Source: an uncultured Acidobacteriaceae bacterium | GTDB taxonomy: Bacteria > Acidobacteriota > Terriglobia > Terriglobales > Acidobacteriaceae | Direction: 5' to 3' | Length of the DNA: 64,000 nt | Assembly (NCBI GenBank): GCA_963708755.1 | Contig: CAVPTN010000012.1 | Coordinates: forward strand, 171,596 to 235,595 | In this document: in pieces, positions 39,362 through 49,248 of the stretch | Layout of the letters: every line of letters begins with the position of its first letter | Numbering within the stretch: the first letter of the stretch is position 1 | Made by a program: the position numbers and the translations under genes | Notes under the pieces: model-generated | What the model was told of the DNA's origin: nothing | Database searches by the model: none | The model's input: only the letters and a program-made list of their open reading frames with translations

Positions 39362-40939
39362 GTGACTATAGCCGCAGGAGTTGATTTTGGGACCTTGAGC
39401 GTCCGTGTAACGCTCTTGGACAGTGAGCGGGGTCGACTTGGCACTGCCTCGTCTGATTACCCTTTGGAACGCAGGCGAGAAGATCCTGACTTTGCCACGC
39501 AATCGCACGATGAACAAATGAAGGCGTTGGCACGAGCGACGCGAAAAGTTCTTAAAGAGACCGGTGTTCATGGTGACGATATTGTTGCTATCGCACTCGA
39601 TACCACAGGATCCAGCGTTATTCCCGTGGATGCTCAGATGCAGCCGCTGGATGACTATTACCTATGGTGTGACCACCGTGCGCACACGGAGGCTCGTGAA
39701 ATTACTGAGCTTGCGCACAAAGAAAAGCTGGAGGCCATCGTCTGGTGCGGAGGCGTCTACTCGCACGAATGGGGTTTCGCGAAGCTGCTTCATTGGCTCC
39801 GGCACAACCCGGACAAACGAGAACGTTTCGCCAGTGCCTTTGAACACTGCGACATGGTGGCCGCAACGCTTGCTGGGGTTACTGATCCAGCGAAGGTACG
39901 ACGTAGCGTCTGCGCTATGGGCCACAAGTGGATGTGGAATCCCAAGTGGGGCGGTCTTCCTTCGCAGGAGTTTCTGTCTAAGGTGGATCCGCTCTTCGAT
40001 GGAATTCGCGAAAAGCTAGACGGGGAGTGCTTTACTTCGGATCACCTGGCCGGCGCACTCTCTCAGAAGTGGGCAAAAGAGTTGACGCTCCGGGCGGGCA
40101 TTCCAATACCGATTGGCGCATTCGACGCTCATTGGGACGCTATCGGAGCCGGATGCCGTGAGGGCGATGTCGTGAATGTCGTGGGCACTTCGACATGCAT
40201 CATCGCAATGGCTGCTCAAACCCAACTCGTCCCTGGTGTGTGCGGTGTAGTTCCGGGCAGTGTTCACCCTCATTTTGCGGGTATCGAAGCTGGTCTTTCG
40301 GCAACCGGCGATATCTTCGAAGCGATCTCTAAACGAGCTGGAATGAAAGTGGCTGAGCTTGCAAAGGGGTTGGAGAGTTACACAGCCGGCCAGACGGGCC
40401 TACTTCGGTTGAGTTGGGATAACGGGGACCGCACGGTGCTCGTGAATCCAGAGCTTGGAGGAGTGACCTTTGGTTGGAATCTGTTGCATACCGCACAGGA
40501 CGAACTATTCGCGGCGATCGAAGGCACTGCGATGCATACACGCATCATCCTCGAACGAATGGCTGCCCATGCTGTGCCCGTGGAGAGAATTATCAACGCC
40601 GGAGGTATTCCTCAAAGCAACGCAGTACTGAATCAGATTTATGCCAATGTATTGAACAAGCCAGTATTGGTCCCCGCTGGAATACCAACAAGTCTTGGCT
40701 CAGGCATCTTTGCATTGTTGTCCGCTGGCATATACGACAGCATTGAGGAGGCACAAAAGCAGCTATGTCTTCCATATCAAACTTACATGCCCCAAGCCGC
40801 TGCTGTCGCAGTCTACGATCAATTGTTCACGCTCTATAAGAACGCATACTTCGCGTTGGGGCAGGAAGATTCTGCGCCGGCGGCTCTGGGTTCTATTCTT
40901 CCGGAACTTCGACGAATTGCCACCGTTGCTCGAAGGTAG
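39362..40939 (+). CDS. araB: L-ribulokinase (FGGY family)
   Basis: GVDFGTLSVR, D.TGSS, LWCDH.A, YS.EW...K, RS.CAMGHK, GAFDAH, GTSTC, W.NGDR. Confidence 0.88.
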   Translation: MTIAAGVDFGTLSVRVTLLDSERGRLGTASSDYPLERRREDPDFATQSHDEQMKALARATRKVLKETGVHGDDIVAIALDTTGSSVIPVDAQMQPLDDYYLWCDHRAHTEAREITELAHKEKLEAIVWCGGVYSHEWGFAKLLHWLRHNPDKRERFASAFEHCDMVAATLAGVTDPAKVRRSVCAMGHKWMWNPKWGGLPSQEFLSKVDPLFDGIREKLDGECFTSDHLAGALSQKWAKELTLRAGIPIPIGAFDAHWDAIGAGCREGDVVNVVGTSTCIIAMAAQTQLVPGVCGVVPGSVHPHFAGIEAGLSATGDIFEAISKRAGMKVAELAKGLESYTAGQTGLLRLSWDNGDRTVLVNPELGGVTFGWNLLHTAQDELFAAIEGTAMHTRIILERMAAHAVPVERIINAGGIPQSNAVLNQIYANVLNKPVLVPAGIPTSLGSGIFALLSAGIYDSIEEAQKQLCLPYQTYMPQAAAVAVYDQLFTLYKNAYFALGQEDSAPAALGSILPELRRIATVARR

Positions 40940-41075
40940 TTTTCGAAACTGGACTGAATGACATGATTAATATGATCCGACCTTTACAGGAGCCAGGAGT
41001 GGTTGAACAGGCGAAAAGGACGGAATCAAGATGCGTAGGCTGGATGCGATGGGCAAATAGGTGAGACCGTTACGT

Positions 41076-41246
41076 GTTTTTTTGTGGTGAGGTGAATCTA
41101 CGTTTTTGCTGGGGTTTTTGCGAAAACGTGTGCAACTTGTGGTGTTTTGGTGGTCATTTTGTGGTGCTTTGCATGGTAAAGATGGTTGCTTAGCGGCCAC
41201 TTTTTCAGCGCTGAAAAATGCGCCAACTTTTAGAACTTTATTTTTG
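41076..41246. repeat. Dispersed ~170-bp element, copy 2 (GTGGTG orientation)
   Basis: Reverse-complement homologue of 5034-5204. Confidence 0.85.
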
Positions 41247-41325
41247 TGCTGGTGGACTTTGTTCTGTCTGGATCAAATTCATCTCGATTTGATTTCGGAA
41301 GATTTGCCTCTAACTTCAACATCCC

Positions 41326-41351
41326 TGTATATGCAAATATTTGCATATACA
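41326..41351. promoter_or_regulatory. Perfect 26-bp AT-rich palindrome, probable transcription-factor operator
   Basis: TGTATATGCAAAT|ATTTGCATATACA. Confidence 0.6.
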
Positions 41352-41556
41352 ATAGTTATTAGGACATTGCCAAGCCTCCTAGTGCCAAAGTTTTTCCGAA
41401 GGGGTACGAGGGTAACTCTATGAGGATTTGGTAAGGAGATTGAAGCGTCCAATGTTAGCTTAGGGATAAGCAAACAGCCGAGAGTGCAGAGGCATACCCC
41501 TCGAACTTCCCAGGGGCAGGGAGAGGTCTTCCCAAAACATCTTAAGGAGGAAATGC

Positions 41557-43221
41557 TTGAGGAAATCTGAGGCAGCCTCACAAAAAAATAGATCTCAGGA
41601 GGCTGGCGTCTCCAGCCCAGATTCTTTTCGCCAAGCTGTCTTGCCAAGGTGGACCCGGATCCTTCCCGTGGCTTTACTTGGAACTTACCTGGTTGTACTT
41701 TTGTCTCGATTTGCCCACGGTGGTAATCGGTACCTTCCGTTTTTCGAGGATGACTTCTTCTACTATGTGGTCGTCGCGAGGAACGTAGTTCATCATGGTG
41801 TCTCAACGTTCAACGGAGTTCAGCCCACCAACGGCTACCACCCCCTCTGGCTGCTAATTAATGCTCTTCTGTATCGAATCTTCGGAGATCGTGAGGCGCT
41901 CTTCGTCGTATTGATTCTGCTTATCTGGCTTCTCGTGTGCGGAGCGTATTACGCGCTGCGTCGCACACAGAGTGCACTTTACTCCGCCGATGGCTATGGT
42001 CTTGCATTCGCGCTATTTTCCGTGACGTACATGGCTGTCGTATGCCGAACCGGAATGGAGGTCTCACTTACTCTGTTCTTTCTTGCAGTGTTCTGGCGAA
42101 GGATGGCCGTTCAGCCGCTCGAGTGCCAGACACCTCGCAACGCTCTGCTCAGCGGCTTGCTTGCTTCGGGAATAGTGTTGAGCCGCGTTGACGCTCTGAT
42201 GGTGGTCGCAGTGTATGGCGCATTGACACTGTACAAGCCAACAGTGAACCGGAAGACGGCGTTTCGAAGTCTCGTCTGGTTCGGTGTCGGGCTTTTGCCC
42301 GTTGCGGCGTACTTTGTCTTCAACCGCCTTGAGTTCGGTGCGTACCTGCCAATATCGGGTATCGCCAAAAATCTCAAAGAGGGCTTGACTCCATCAGCGA
42401 GCACAGTGAAGAGTCTGCTTGCGGTGCGTTCTATCAATGTGTTGCTGACGTGGCCTGCTTGCGTGATGGGAATACTGTTCCTGCTGCGTCTACTGCGCAG
42501 ATCGGAAGAGAACGGGGCCACCGACGTGGCTGGCCGTAGAGTTCAGCTCTGCGTGCTATTGCACCCATTGCTTTTTTATACCGTTCTGTCCATTACAAGC
42601 GACTGGCCGATCTGGACCTGGTACCTCTATCCTCTCGTGCCGATCGCTGCGTTACTTGGGCCTGCGCTCATCGAAGATTGGAAGCAGCTAAGAAGCAAGA
42701 CGGTGGTGCGCGGGCTTACGGCGGCTACGGCCTTTCTGGGAATGCTAATTTTGATCAACCTGATGCGGCCTAACGCGACAGAGCTTCTGCTGTATCAGCA
42801 GGCGACGGAGCTACAGGCTTTTGCAAAAGCTCATCCAGGCCGTTATGCGATGGGAGGGGGTGCCGGGATGCCGTCCTACCTGATGTCGGCGCCGATGATG
42901 CAACTTGAGGGGCTGACCGGTGACGCGGCTTTTGTGGAGGTCATCAAGCGAAAAGATCCATTGGTGAAGGCGTTGAACGACCTTCAGGTCGATTACTACG
43001 CGACCATGTTGCTCAGCGTAAGCGGTCACGTTCACGGCAGCTGCTACGACGTGCGGGAGCCGGAGATGGCAGGCGATCGCAGCCCCGTTATGGCAGGCCA
43101 TATCTGCGCACCACCGGTAGCCGACTATCTTCATGCGAACGGTCGTCATTTGCTGGTGTTCGACGTGGACGACCTGACAAAGCAGACCAGAAAGGAAGAC
43201 GAAGAGGAAGCGAAACGCTGA
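41557..43221 (+). CDS. Polytopic membrane protein, GT-C fold glycosyltransferase-like
   Basis: EDDFFYY...ARN....G.STFNG..PTNGYHPLW after TM1, GME, R.D and many TM helices. Start position uncertain. Confidence 0.7.
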   Translation: MRKSEAASQKNRSQEAGVSSPDSFRQAVLPRWTRILPVALLGTYLVVLLSRFAHGGNRYLPFFEDDFFYYVVVARNVVHHGVSTFNGVQPTNGYHPLWLLINALLYRIFGDREALFVVLILLIWLLVCGAYYALRRTQSALYSADGYGLAFALFSVTYMAVVCRTGMEVSLTLFFLAVFWRRMAVQPLECQTPRNALLSGLLASGIVLSRVDALMVVAVYGALTLYKPTVNRKTAFRSLVWFGVGLLPVAAYFVFNRLEFGAYLPISGIAKNLKEGLTPSASTVKSLLAVRSINVLLTWPACVMGILFLLRLLRRSEENGATDVAGRRVQLCVLLHPLLFYTVLSITSDWPIWTWYLYPLVPIAALLGPALIEDWKQLRSKTVVRGLTAATAFLGMLILINLMRPNATELLLYQQATELQAFAKAHPGRYAMGGGAGMPSYLMSAPMMQLEGLTGDAAFVEVIKRKDPLVKALNDLQVDYYATMLLSVSGHVHGSCYDVREPEMAGDRSPVMAGHICAPPVADYLHANGRHLLVFDVDDLTKQTRKEDEEEAKR

Positions 43222-43341
43222 TGGTGTGGATAGCGATTCTGAAAGCCGTCCTGGAGTGCGCGCGCTTGTTGGAGAAAGTCGAAACGATTGAGCTTCGGAC
43301 CTTACATTGGATAGCGGATTGAGCAGTCATCTACGTTATGC

Positions 43342-43355
43342 TGTAAACGCATACC
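43342..43355. promoter_or_regulatory. LacI-like autoregulatory operator
   Basis: TGTAAACGCATACC, 12 nt before the lacI-family start. Confidence 0.5.
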
Positions 43356-43367
43356 CAGGGACAACGC

Positions 43368-44480
43368 GTGGCCAATAAGAAGACGACTCGAACATCGAAG
43401 CCAGAAGGTAAAGTTCCGGAGCGAATGGACATTCGCACGATAGCGAGAGCGGCAAATGTTTCTATTGCCACGGTATCTCGCGCCATGAATCACGTTCCCA
43501 CCGTAAATCCGAAGATGGCCAAACGAGTGTGGGAGGTGATCGACGAGCTCGATTATTTTCCGAACACTCAGGCTCGCGCATTGGTATCGGGCCGAAGCCG
43601 ACTGTTCGGTTTGATCGTCTCAGAGATTACGAATCCCTTCTTCCCAGAGCTGATTCAAGGCTTTGAAGACATCGCAGTTGAAAACGGATATGAAATTCTG
43701 GTCAGCTCCACTAACTACGATCCTAAGCGAATGTCGCATTGCATTCGCCGCATGCTGGAGCGCAAGGTCGAGGGTGTTGCGGTGATGACCTTCGGTATTG
43801 AAGAGCCGTTGCTCGATCAACTGGCTAAGCGTAAAGTGCCTCTGGTGTTTATCGATGTCGGACCTAAGCGCCCGAGCATCAGTGTGTTGAAGGTGGACTA
43901 CCACCACGGGATACGGCAGGGTGTACAACATCTGGCTGCTTTGGGGCATCGGAGCATTTCATTCATCAGCGGACCGATGAGACTTCACTCTGCGCAATCG
44001 CGCGTGGCCGCATTTTCTCAATCGCTCCAGGAGTGCGGAATTACACCCGACCCACACCTGATCATCGAAGGCGATCACACGATGGAGGGCGGTATCGCTG
44101 CCATGGGGAACATATTGGATGCCAAGCTGCGACCCACCGCAGTGATGTGCTCGAATGACATGACGGCGATCGGTGTTCTACACAAGCTGTACCGCGCCGG
44201 GTTGAGAGTGCCGGATGATTTTTCTGTTATCGGCTTCGACGATATTCATATCGCAGAGGTGACGATACCGCCGCTGACGACTATTCAGATGTCACGCTTT
44301 GAGTTGGCTCGTGCGGCAGTAACGGCGTTGCGCGCCCACGTTGAAGAGGTTGCCGATTCTGCTCAGAAGCGTGAATACAGCATTCAAACGAATCTTATCG
44401 TGAGAGAGTCTACGGGATTTCCGCGTGGCACAATGACAGATCTGCAAATAAATAAAGACATGTCAAAGACCGCGCGCTAA
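43368..44480 (+). CDS. LacI family transcriptional regulator
   Basis: IRTIARAANVSIATVSRAMN HTH, YFPNTQARAL hinge, NPFF, SVIGFDD, PPLTTI. Confidence 0.96.
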   Translation: MANKKTTRTSKPEGKVPERMDIRTIARAANVSIATVSRAMNHVPTVNPKMAKRVWEVIDELDYFPNTQARALVSGRSRLFGLIVSEITNPFFPELIQGFEDIAVENGYEILVSSTNYDPKRMSHCIRRMLERKVEGVAVMTFGIEEPLLDQLAKRKVPLVFIDVGPKRPSISVLKVDYHHGIRQGVQHLAALGHRSISFISGPMRLHSAQSRVAAFSQSLQECGITPDPHLIIEGDHTMEGGIAAMGNILDAKLRPTAVMCSNDMTAIGVLHKLYRAGLRVPDDFSVIGFDDIHIAEVTIPPLTTIQMSRFELARAAVTALRAHVEEVADSAQKREYSIQTNLIVRESTGFPRGTMTDLQINKDMSKTAR

Positions 44481-44488
44481 CGCATCTT

Positions 44489-45523
44489 TTAGCTCACGGT
44501 GGTCACAAATTTGTGAACCGCTTCCTGGAGTTGATTCACGACGCGCGAGAATTCACTGTCTTTACTAAGATAACTTTTGCCGAGAGCGATCTGGCGTATC
44601 TGTTTTGCCGCGTTGCTGATGAAGATTTCATCGAGCGGGGATGATGCTGTTCGAGCCAGAGACAAAACCTGTTTCTTTCCAGGTTTTTTCCTGACTGGCA
44701 TCTCCGCTGAGGTCTTTTCCGGCACGGTTTTATATCGTTCTTTGAAGTCAGCTATCAAGCCGTCTTTGCAGCTCAAGTCTTTTACCAGTGCGGATGCAAC
44801 CACACCATTTTTCTTTGCCATCCGCTTCAGCACCCTGTGATGCAACATCTCCCACCCAGAACTGGCGGAGACGGTTATCGGCTCATAAGGGAGGTCGAGC
44901 GAAAGAGTCCAATCACGCCATTTGAAGGGCAGTGTGTCGGGAGCGATCGTGAGCGGAATCCATGGGATGCGAAGTGTGTCCGCGACGATCGCGCCGTGCA
45001 TGGCTTCGGTCACGACGAGTTTTGCACGTGAAAAGTGTTCCATTACGACTGGCACGGGCCATCGTGGGTCGAGGAGGGTCATTCCGGCTGCTGCAGCTAC
45101 CTTCTCCCACTGCCCGTAGGCCGCGGACGAGTGATGCGGAATGAAGAGGGTTGTGTTTCTCTCAGGGGCGAGGCGCACGATCTGAGGCAGCACAGAGAGC
45201 AGTGCGGCCGAATCAGTCGCGGCGACTTTAGGTTGGCCGACCAGCTCTGCAGTGAGAGGGCCGCGAACGGCCAGAATCGTCCAGTTTTCCCATCCCGGCG
45301 GAAGTGCGAAGTATCCCGCGCCCGAGCCGAGGACGAACATCCGTTTGCCCCGCGTGCGGGACAATGGCACAAAGTCAGCGTTGAAGATGCTGCCAATTCC
45401 CAGCAGACGGACATCGTCATCTTTGAAGAGGTGTTTGGGTAAGAGTTCTCGCCAGATGACTTCGTTCAGGTCATCGCCAAAGTTGAGTTTTCCGGTCGGA
45501 TCGCGATAGTAGAGAACTTCCAT
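44489..45523 (-). CDS. Polysaccharide pyruvyltransferase family protein (ExoV-like)
   Basis: NFGDDLN..IW, GIGSI, GSGAG, VRGPLTA, FIPH, EAMHGAIVAD.LRIPW, FKW.DW. Confidence 0.88.
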   Translation of the reverse strand: MEVLYYRDPTGKLNFGDDLNEVIWRELLPKHLFKDDDVRLLGIGSIFNADFVPLSRTRGKRMFVLGSGAGYFALPPGWENWTILAVRGPLTAELVGQPKVAATDSAALLSVLPQIVRLAPERNTTLFIPHHSSAAYGQWEKVAAAAGMTLLDPRWPVPVVMEHFSRAKLVVTEAMHGAIVADTLRIPWIPLTIAPDTLPFKWRDWTLSLDLPYEPITVSASSGWEMLHHRVLKRMAKKNGVVASALVKDLSCKDGLIADFKERYKTVPEKTSAEMPVRKKPGKKQVLSLARTASSPLDEIFISNAAKQIRQIALGKSYLSKDSEFSRVVNQLQEAVHKFVTTVS

Positions 45524-45750
45524 CAGGGACGTTTATCCAGTCTTTGCTGTGGTTTTGACGTTCCGAAATCGCTCGTCTGGCATACAAAGGAAAGGTCGAA
45601 GCGTTTAGATTCTCTGTATTCGGTGACCTTTTGTAACCAACTTTAATGCATTCTGTACGAGTTATTTAAGGCTACTTCATTCACTTTGGCCGCGTCAACA
45701 CAAACTCGTCGAATGATGTTGTTTCGTCGATCATGCTAGCCTTACTTCGC

Positions 45751-47208
45751 ATGTCGACAAACCATTTTGATCTGGCAGCAGCAGCCTCTGCCGAGCTACT
45801 TCGCGAGCACTTTCAGCTCCAACGGCCCAAGGGAAGTGATGAACAACTTGCCGCGATCGTCGCCGGGCGCGTCGCCCCTGTTTCTACTCAGCAGGATCTT
45901 CGCGGGCTGCCGTGGTCGTCTATCGACAACGATACCTCGCGTGACCTGGATCAGATCGAAGTCGCTGAGCGGGCGGACGGAGGCATCAGGATCAAAGTGG
46001 CGATTGCAGACGTTGCGGCGTTTGTTGCTCAAGGTTCTCCACTGGACAACTTTGCGCGCGATCAGACACAGACGATCTATACGGCTGTTCGTAATTTTCC
46101 GATGTTGCCGAATGAGCTTTCGACGGGGCTTACTTCGCTTAATGAGAATGAGGACCGGGCGGCTATTGTTACGGAGTTTGTTGTGACGCCGGATGGGAAG
46201 CTTGCGGAGCAGACGATTTATTCGGCGATGGTTCGTAACACGGCTCAACTGGCTTACAACAAAGTGGGGCCTTGGCTTGAAGGGCATGCCGCGCCGGATG
46301 CGAAGGTTGCTGCCAGCGAGGTTTTGGAGAAACAACTGCGTTTGCAGGAAGAAGCCACTGATGCGTTGCGGCAGCAGAGAAATCGTGATGGTGCGCTCGA
46401 CTTTCAGCGCGGCGAGGCTGTTCCTGTGATTGCTGACGGTAAGATCCAGTCGCTTACAAGCAGCACGCACAATCGTGCAATGACTTTGATTGAAGACCTG
46501 ATGATTGCGTCCAACGAAACCGTTGCGTTCAAGCTGCATCAGGCGCGTCGGTCTGGCCTTCGCAGGATCGTTCGATCACCGGAACGTTGGCAGCGTATTG
46601 TCGATCTCGCTGCTTTGCACAATGCGCAACTGCCGCCGACTCCGGATTCGGCGGCGTTGAACAACTTTCTTACGGCGCAGCGCGCGTCGGACCCTGACCA
46701 TTATGCGGACCTTGCGCTTGCCATCATCAAGCTTATTGGTGCGGGGGAGTACGTTCTTGCTCGTGGGGATGACCCCTATCCGCTGGGGCATTTTGCGCTT
46801 GCGGCGTCGGACTACGCGCATTCGACTGCGCCTAACCGCCGCTTCGCCGATCTGGTTACCCAGCGGGTGGTTAAGGCGATGCTTGTCAATGAACCGCCGC
46901 CTTATACGGATGACGAGCTCTCAGCCATTGCTGAACAGTGCAATCAGCGCGACAAGGACGCACGCAAGGTTGAGCGTTCGATGGTCAAGCGTGTTGCGGC
47001 GATTGCTCTCTCCGGCAGCATCGGGAAGCAGTTTCGGGGAGTTATTACAGGCGTGACAAATAAGGGAACATTCGTCCGGGTGCTGGATCCTCCGGTTGAA
47101 GGAATGTTGGTGCGTGGAGCGGCAGGGTTGGATGTAGGGGATCGCGTGAATGTGACGCTCGTTCACACGAATCCCGAACATGCTTTTATCGACTTCGCTA
47201 AGACATAG
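45751..47208 (+). CDS. RNB-domain 3'-5' exoribonuclease (RNase II/R family, short form with C-terminal S1)
   Basis: DLR.L...SIDNDTSRDLDQ, VAIADV, IEDLMI.SN, GHFALA..DYAHSTAPNRRFADL, S1 domain. Confidence 0.9.
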   Translation: MSTNHFDLAAAASAELLREHFQLQRPKGSDEQLAAIVAGRVAPVSTQQDLRGLPWSSIDNDTSRDLDQIEVAERADGGIRIKVAIADVAAFVAQGSPLDNFARDQTQTIYTAVRNFPMLPNELSTGLTSLNENEDRAAIVTEFVVTPDGKLAEQTIYSAMVRNTAQLAYNKVGPWLEGHAAPDAKVAASEVLEKQLRLQEEATDALRQQRNRDGALDFQRGEAVPVIADGKIQSLTSSTHNRAMTLIEDLMIASNETVAFKLHQARRSGLRRIVRSPERWQRIVDLAALHNAQLPPTPDSAALNNFLTAQRASDPDHYADLALAIIKLIGAGEYVLARGDDPYPLGHFALAASDYAHSTAPNRRFADLVTQRVVKAMLVNEPPPYTDDELSAIAEQCNQRDKDARKVERSMVKRVAAIALSGSIGKQFRGVITGVTNKGTFVRVLDPPVEGMLVRGAAGLDVGDRVNVTLVHTNPEHAFIDFAKT

Positions 47209-47367
47209 GTTTTGTCTTTCTTCTTCCAGGGCCAAGCCGAGTCTTCGGAATAGTATTAGTGAGTGTTGGGATACATACAATCTGCGGGCAGTGAGATTGT
47301 TTTTTTGCGAACCACCAGATTTGATAGAACGATGGTCGATCAGCAGGTAAGAATCAGGAGACATAAG

Positions 47368-48438
47368 ATGACGTCAGTGAAATTCCTCTTGCGATGCATT
47401 GCTCCCGTGTTTTTTGCAGCGGTCGGCGTGACTCTATCGGCTGCGTCGCTAGCGCACGCTGCCAGCCCTGCTGGGGATGGCCGGCTCAAGGTCTACTTCG
47501 TCGATGTTGAGGGTGGCCAGTCCACACTTTTCGTTACTCCCGCGGGTCAGTCGCTGCTTATTGATACAGGTTGGCCTGGCAACGATTATCGCGATGCGGA
47601 TCGTATTGTGAGTGTGGCGAAGAAGGCTGGGCTTAGCAAGATCGATTATGTCCTGCTTACTCACTACCATGAGGATCATGCGGGAGGTATCCCGCAGCTT
47701 GTTTCGCGTATTCCTGTTGGGACGTTTATTGACCATGGACCGAATCGCGAACTGGACCATGGAATCACTGAGAAAGATTATTCGGAATATCAAAAAGTTC
47801 TGGCAGCAGGGAAGTCACAGCGAATCCTCGCTCATGTTGGCGACGTGTTGCCGATCAAGGGTATGAAGGCCATGGTGATTAGCTCGGACGGCAATTTGAT
47901 AACGAGTCCTTTGCCTGGTGCGGGGCAGCCCAACGAGTACTGTGCGACCTCAGAGAAGCGTCCGGACGATCAGACAGAGAACTCACATTCCCTTGGCATC
48001 GAAATTACGTTTGGCAAGCTGAAACTCCTTGATCTTGGGGATCTCACTTGGGACAAGGAGATGCAGCTGATGTGTCCGACGAACAAGCTTGGGCATGTAG
48101 ATGTTTACATCGTCTCGCACCACGGGTGGTCGCAGAGCTCGAGTCCAGCCTTAGTTCATACGATTCATGCGAGGGTGGCGATTATGGATAACGGTGCTAA
48201 AAAAGGCGGCTCGACTCCGACTCTTCAGACGATCTCCAAGGCTCCAGGACTTGAAGCCCTGTGGCAACTTCATTTCTCCGAGGAGGGTGGAGTTCAAAAC
48301 AATACGTCGGACAAATACATCGCTAATCCACAGGGTGTCGACGCAGGTCATTATCTTGAACTTACGGGTGCCCAGGATGGCAGCTTCGAGGTAACGAATT
48401 CCAGAACTGGCCTTGTCCAAAAGTACGCAGCACGCTAG
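47368..48438 (+). CDS. Secreted MBL-fold metallo-hydrolase (ComEC/Rec2-like)
   Basis: FVDVEGGQ, LIDTG, THYHEDHAGG, GDL, SHHG; signal peptide. Confidence 0.88.
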   Translation: MTSVKFLLRCIAPVFFAAVGVTLSAASLAHAASPAGDGRLKVYFVDVEGGQSTLFVTPAGQSLLIDTGWPGNDYRDADRIVSVAKKAGLSKIDYVLLTHYHEDHAGGIPQLVSRIPVGTFIDHGPNRELDHGITEKDYSEYQKVLAAGKSQRILAHVGDVLPIKGMKAMVISSDGNLITSPLPGAGQPNEYCATSEKRPDDQTENSHSLGIEITFGKLKLLDLGDLTWDKEMQLMCPTNKLGHVDVYIVSHHGWSQSSSPALVHTIHARVAIMDNGAKKGGSTPTLQTISKAPGLEALWQLHFSEEGGVQNNTSDKYIANPQGVDAGHYLELTGAQDGSFEVTNSRTGLVQKYAAR

Positions 48439-48447
48439 TCGTCCGTC

Positions 48448-49248
48448 CTAAGTTTTAGGAGGCTTCGCTACTGTAGCGCGCATTGCGCCGGTGGAGATGC
48501 CTCCGTCTACCAACAGCGTCTGTCCTGTGATGTATCTACTGGCTTCGGAGGCGAGAAAGACGACGGCGCCATCGAGGTCATGTGGTTGTCCGGCGCGTTT
48601 TACGGGAATGCGATCTTCCAGGTACGCGACCCACTCTTTGTCCTCATAGAGGACCTTGTTCTGCTCGGTGCGAAACCAACCCGGTGCGAGACAGTTGACG
48701 GTAATGCCGTGTCTGCCCCAGTCATCGGCGAGGCTCATGGTGAGTTGGCGCACGCCGCCGCGACTGGCTCCGTAAGGTGCCAAGCCCGCATACCCAAAGA
48801 CGCTGGTGACCGAACCTATATTAATGATGCGGCCGTAGCCATGTTTCACCATTCGCCGGGCAAGATTCTGGGCTACGAAAAAACTTCCGCGCAGGTTAGT
48901 GTCCAGAACGAAGTTCCAGTCATCCCAACTCACGTCGAGCGCGGGCTTTCTTGCATTGCAGCCAGCATTGTTGACCAGGATGTGGACCTGACCGACGGCT
49001 TCTTCCGCTGCGGCGGCCATGCGTTCTATGCTGGCCTGATCGCGCACGTCGAGAGCCAGCGGCGTGGCTTTGCGGCCCAGCGCCTCGATTTCGGCTACAA
49101 ACGGTGTGAGGTCTTCCTGCTTACGGCTGGTGAGAATGAGATCTGCTCCAGCCCTGGCCAGAGCACGCGCAAAGTACTGGCCTAAACCTCGGCTGGCACC
49201 GGTGACCAATGCGACCTGCCCGGTTAGATCGAAGAAGTTCTCGCTCAT
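48448..49248 (-). CDS. SDR oxidoreductase, gluconate 5-dehydrogenase (IdnO/Gno)-like
   Basis: FDLTGQVALVTGASRGLG, NNAG, YGASR, PGWF.TE.N. Confidence 0.88.
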   Translation of the reverse strand: MSENFFDLTGQVALVTGASRGLGQYFARALARAGADLILTSRKQEDLTPFVAEIEALGRKATPLALDVRDQASIERMAAAAEEAVGQVHILVNNAGCNARKPALDVSWDDWNFVLDTNLRGSFFVAQNLARRMVKHGYGRIINIGSVTSVFGYAGLAPYGASRGGVRQLTMSLADDWGRHGITVNCLAPGWFRTEQNKVLYEDKEWVAYLEDRIPVKRAGQPHDLDGAVVFLASEASRYITGQTLLVDGGISTGAMRATVAKPPKT

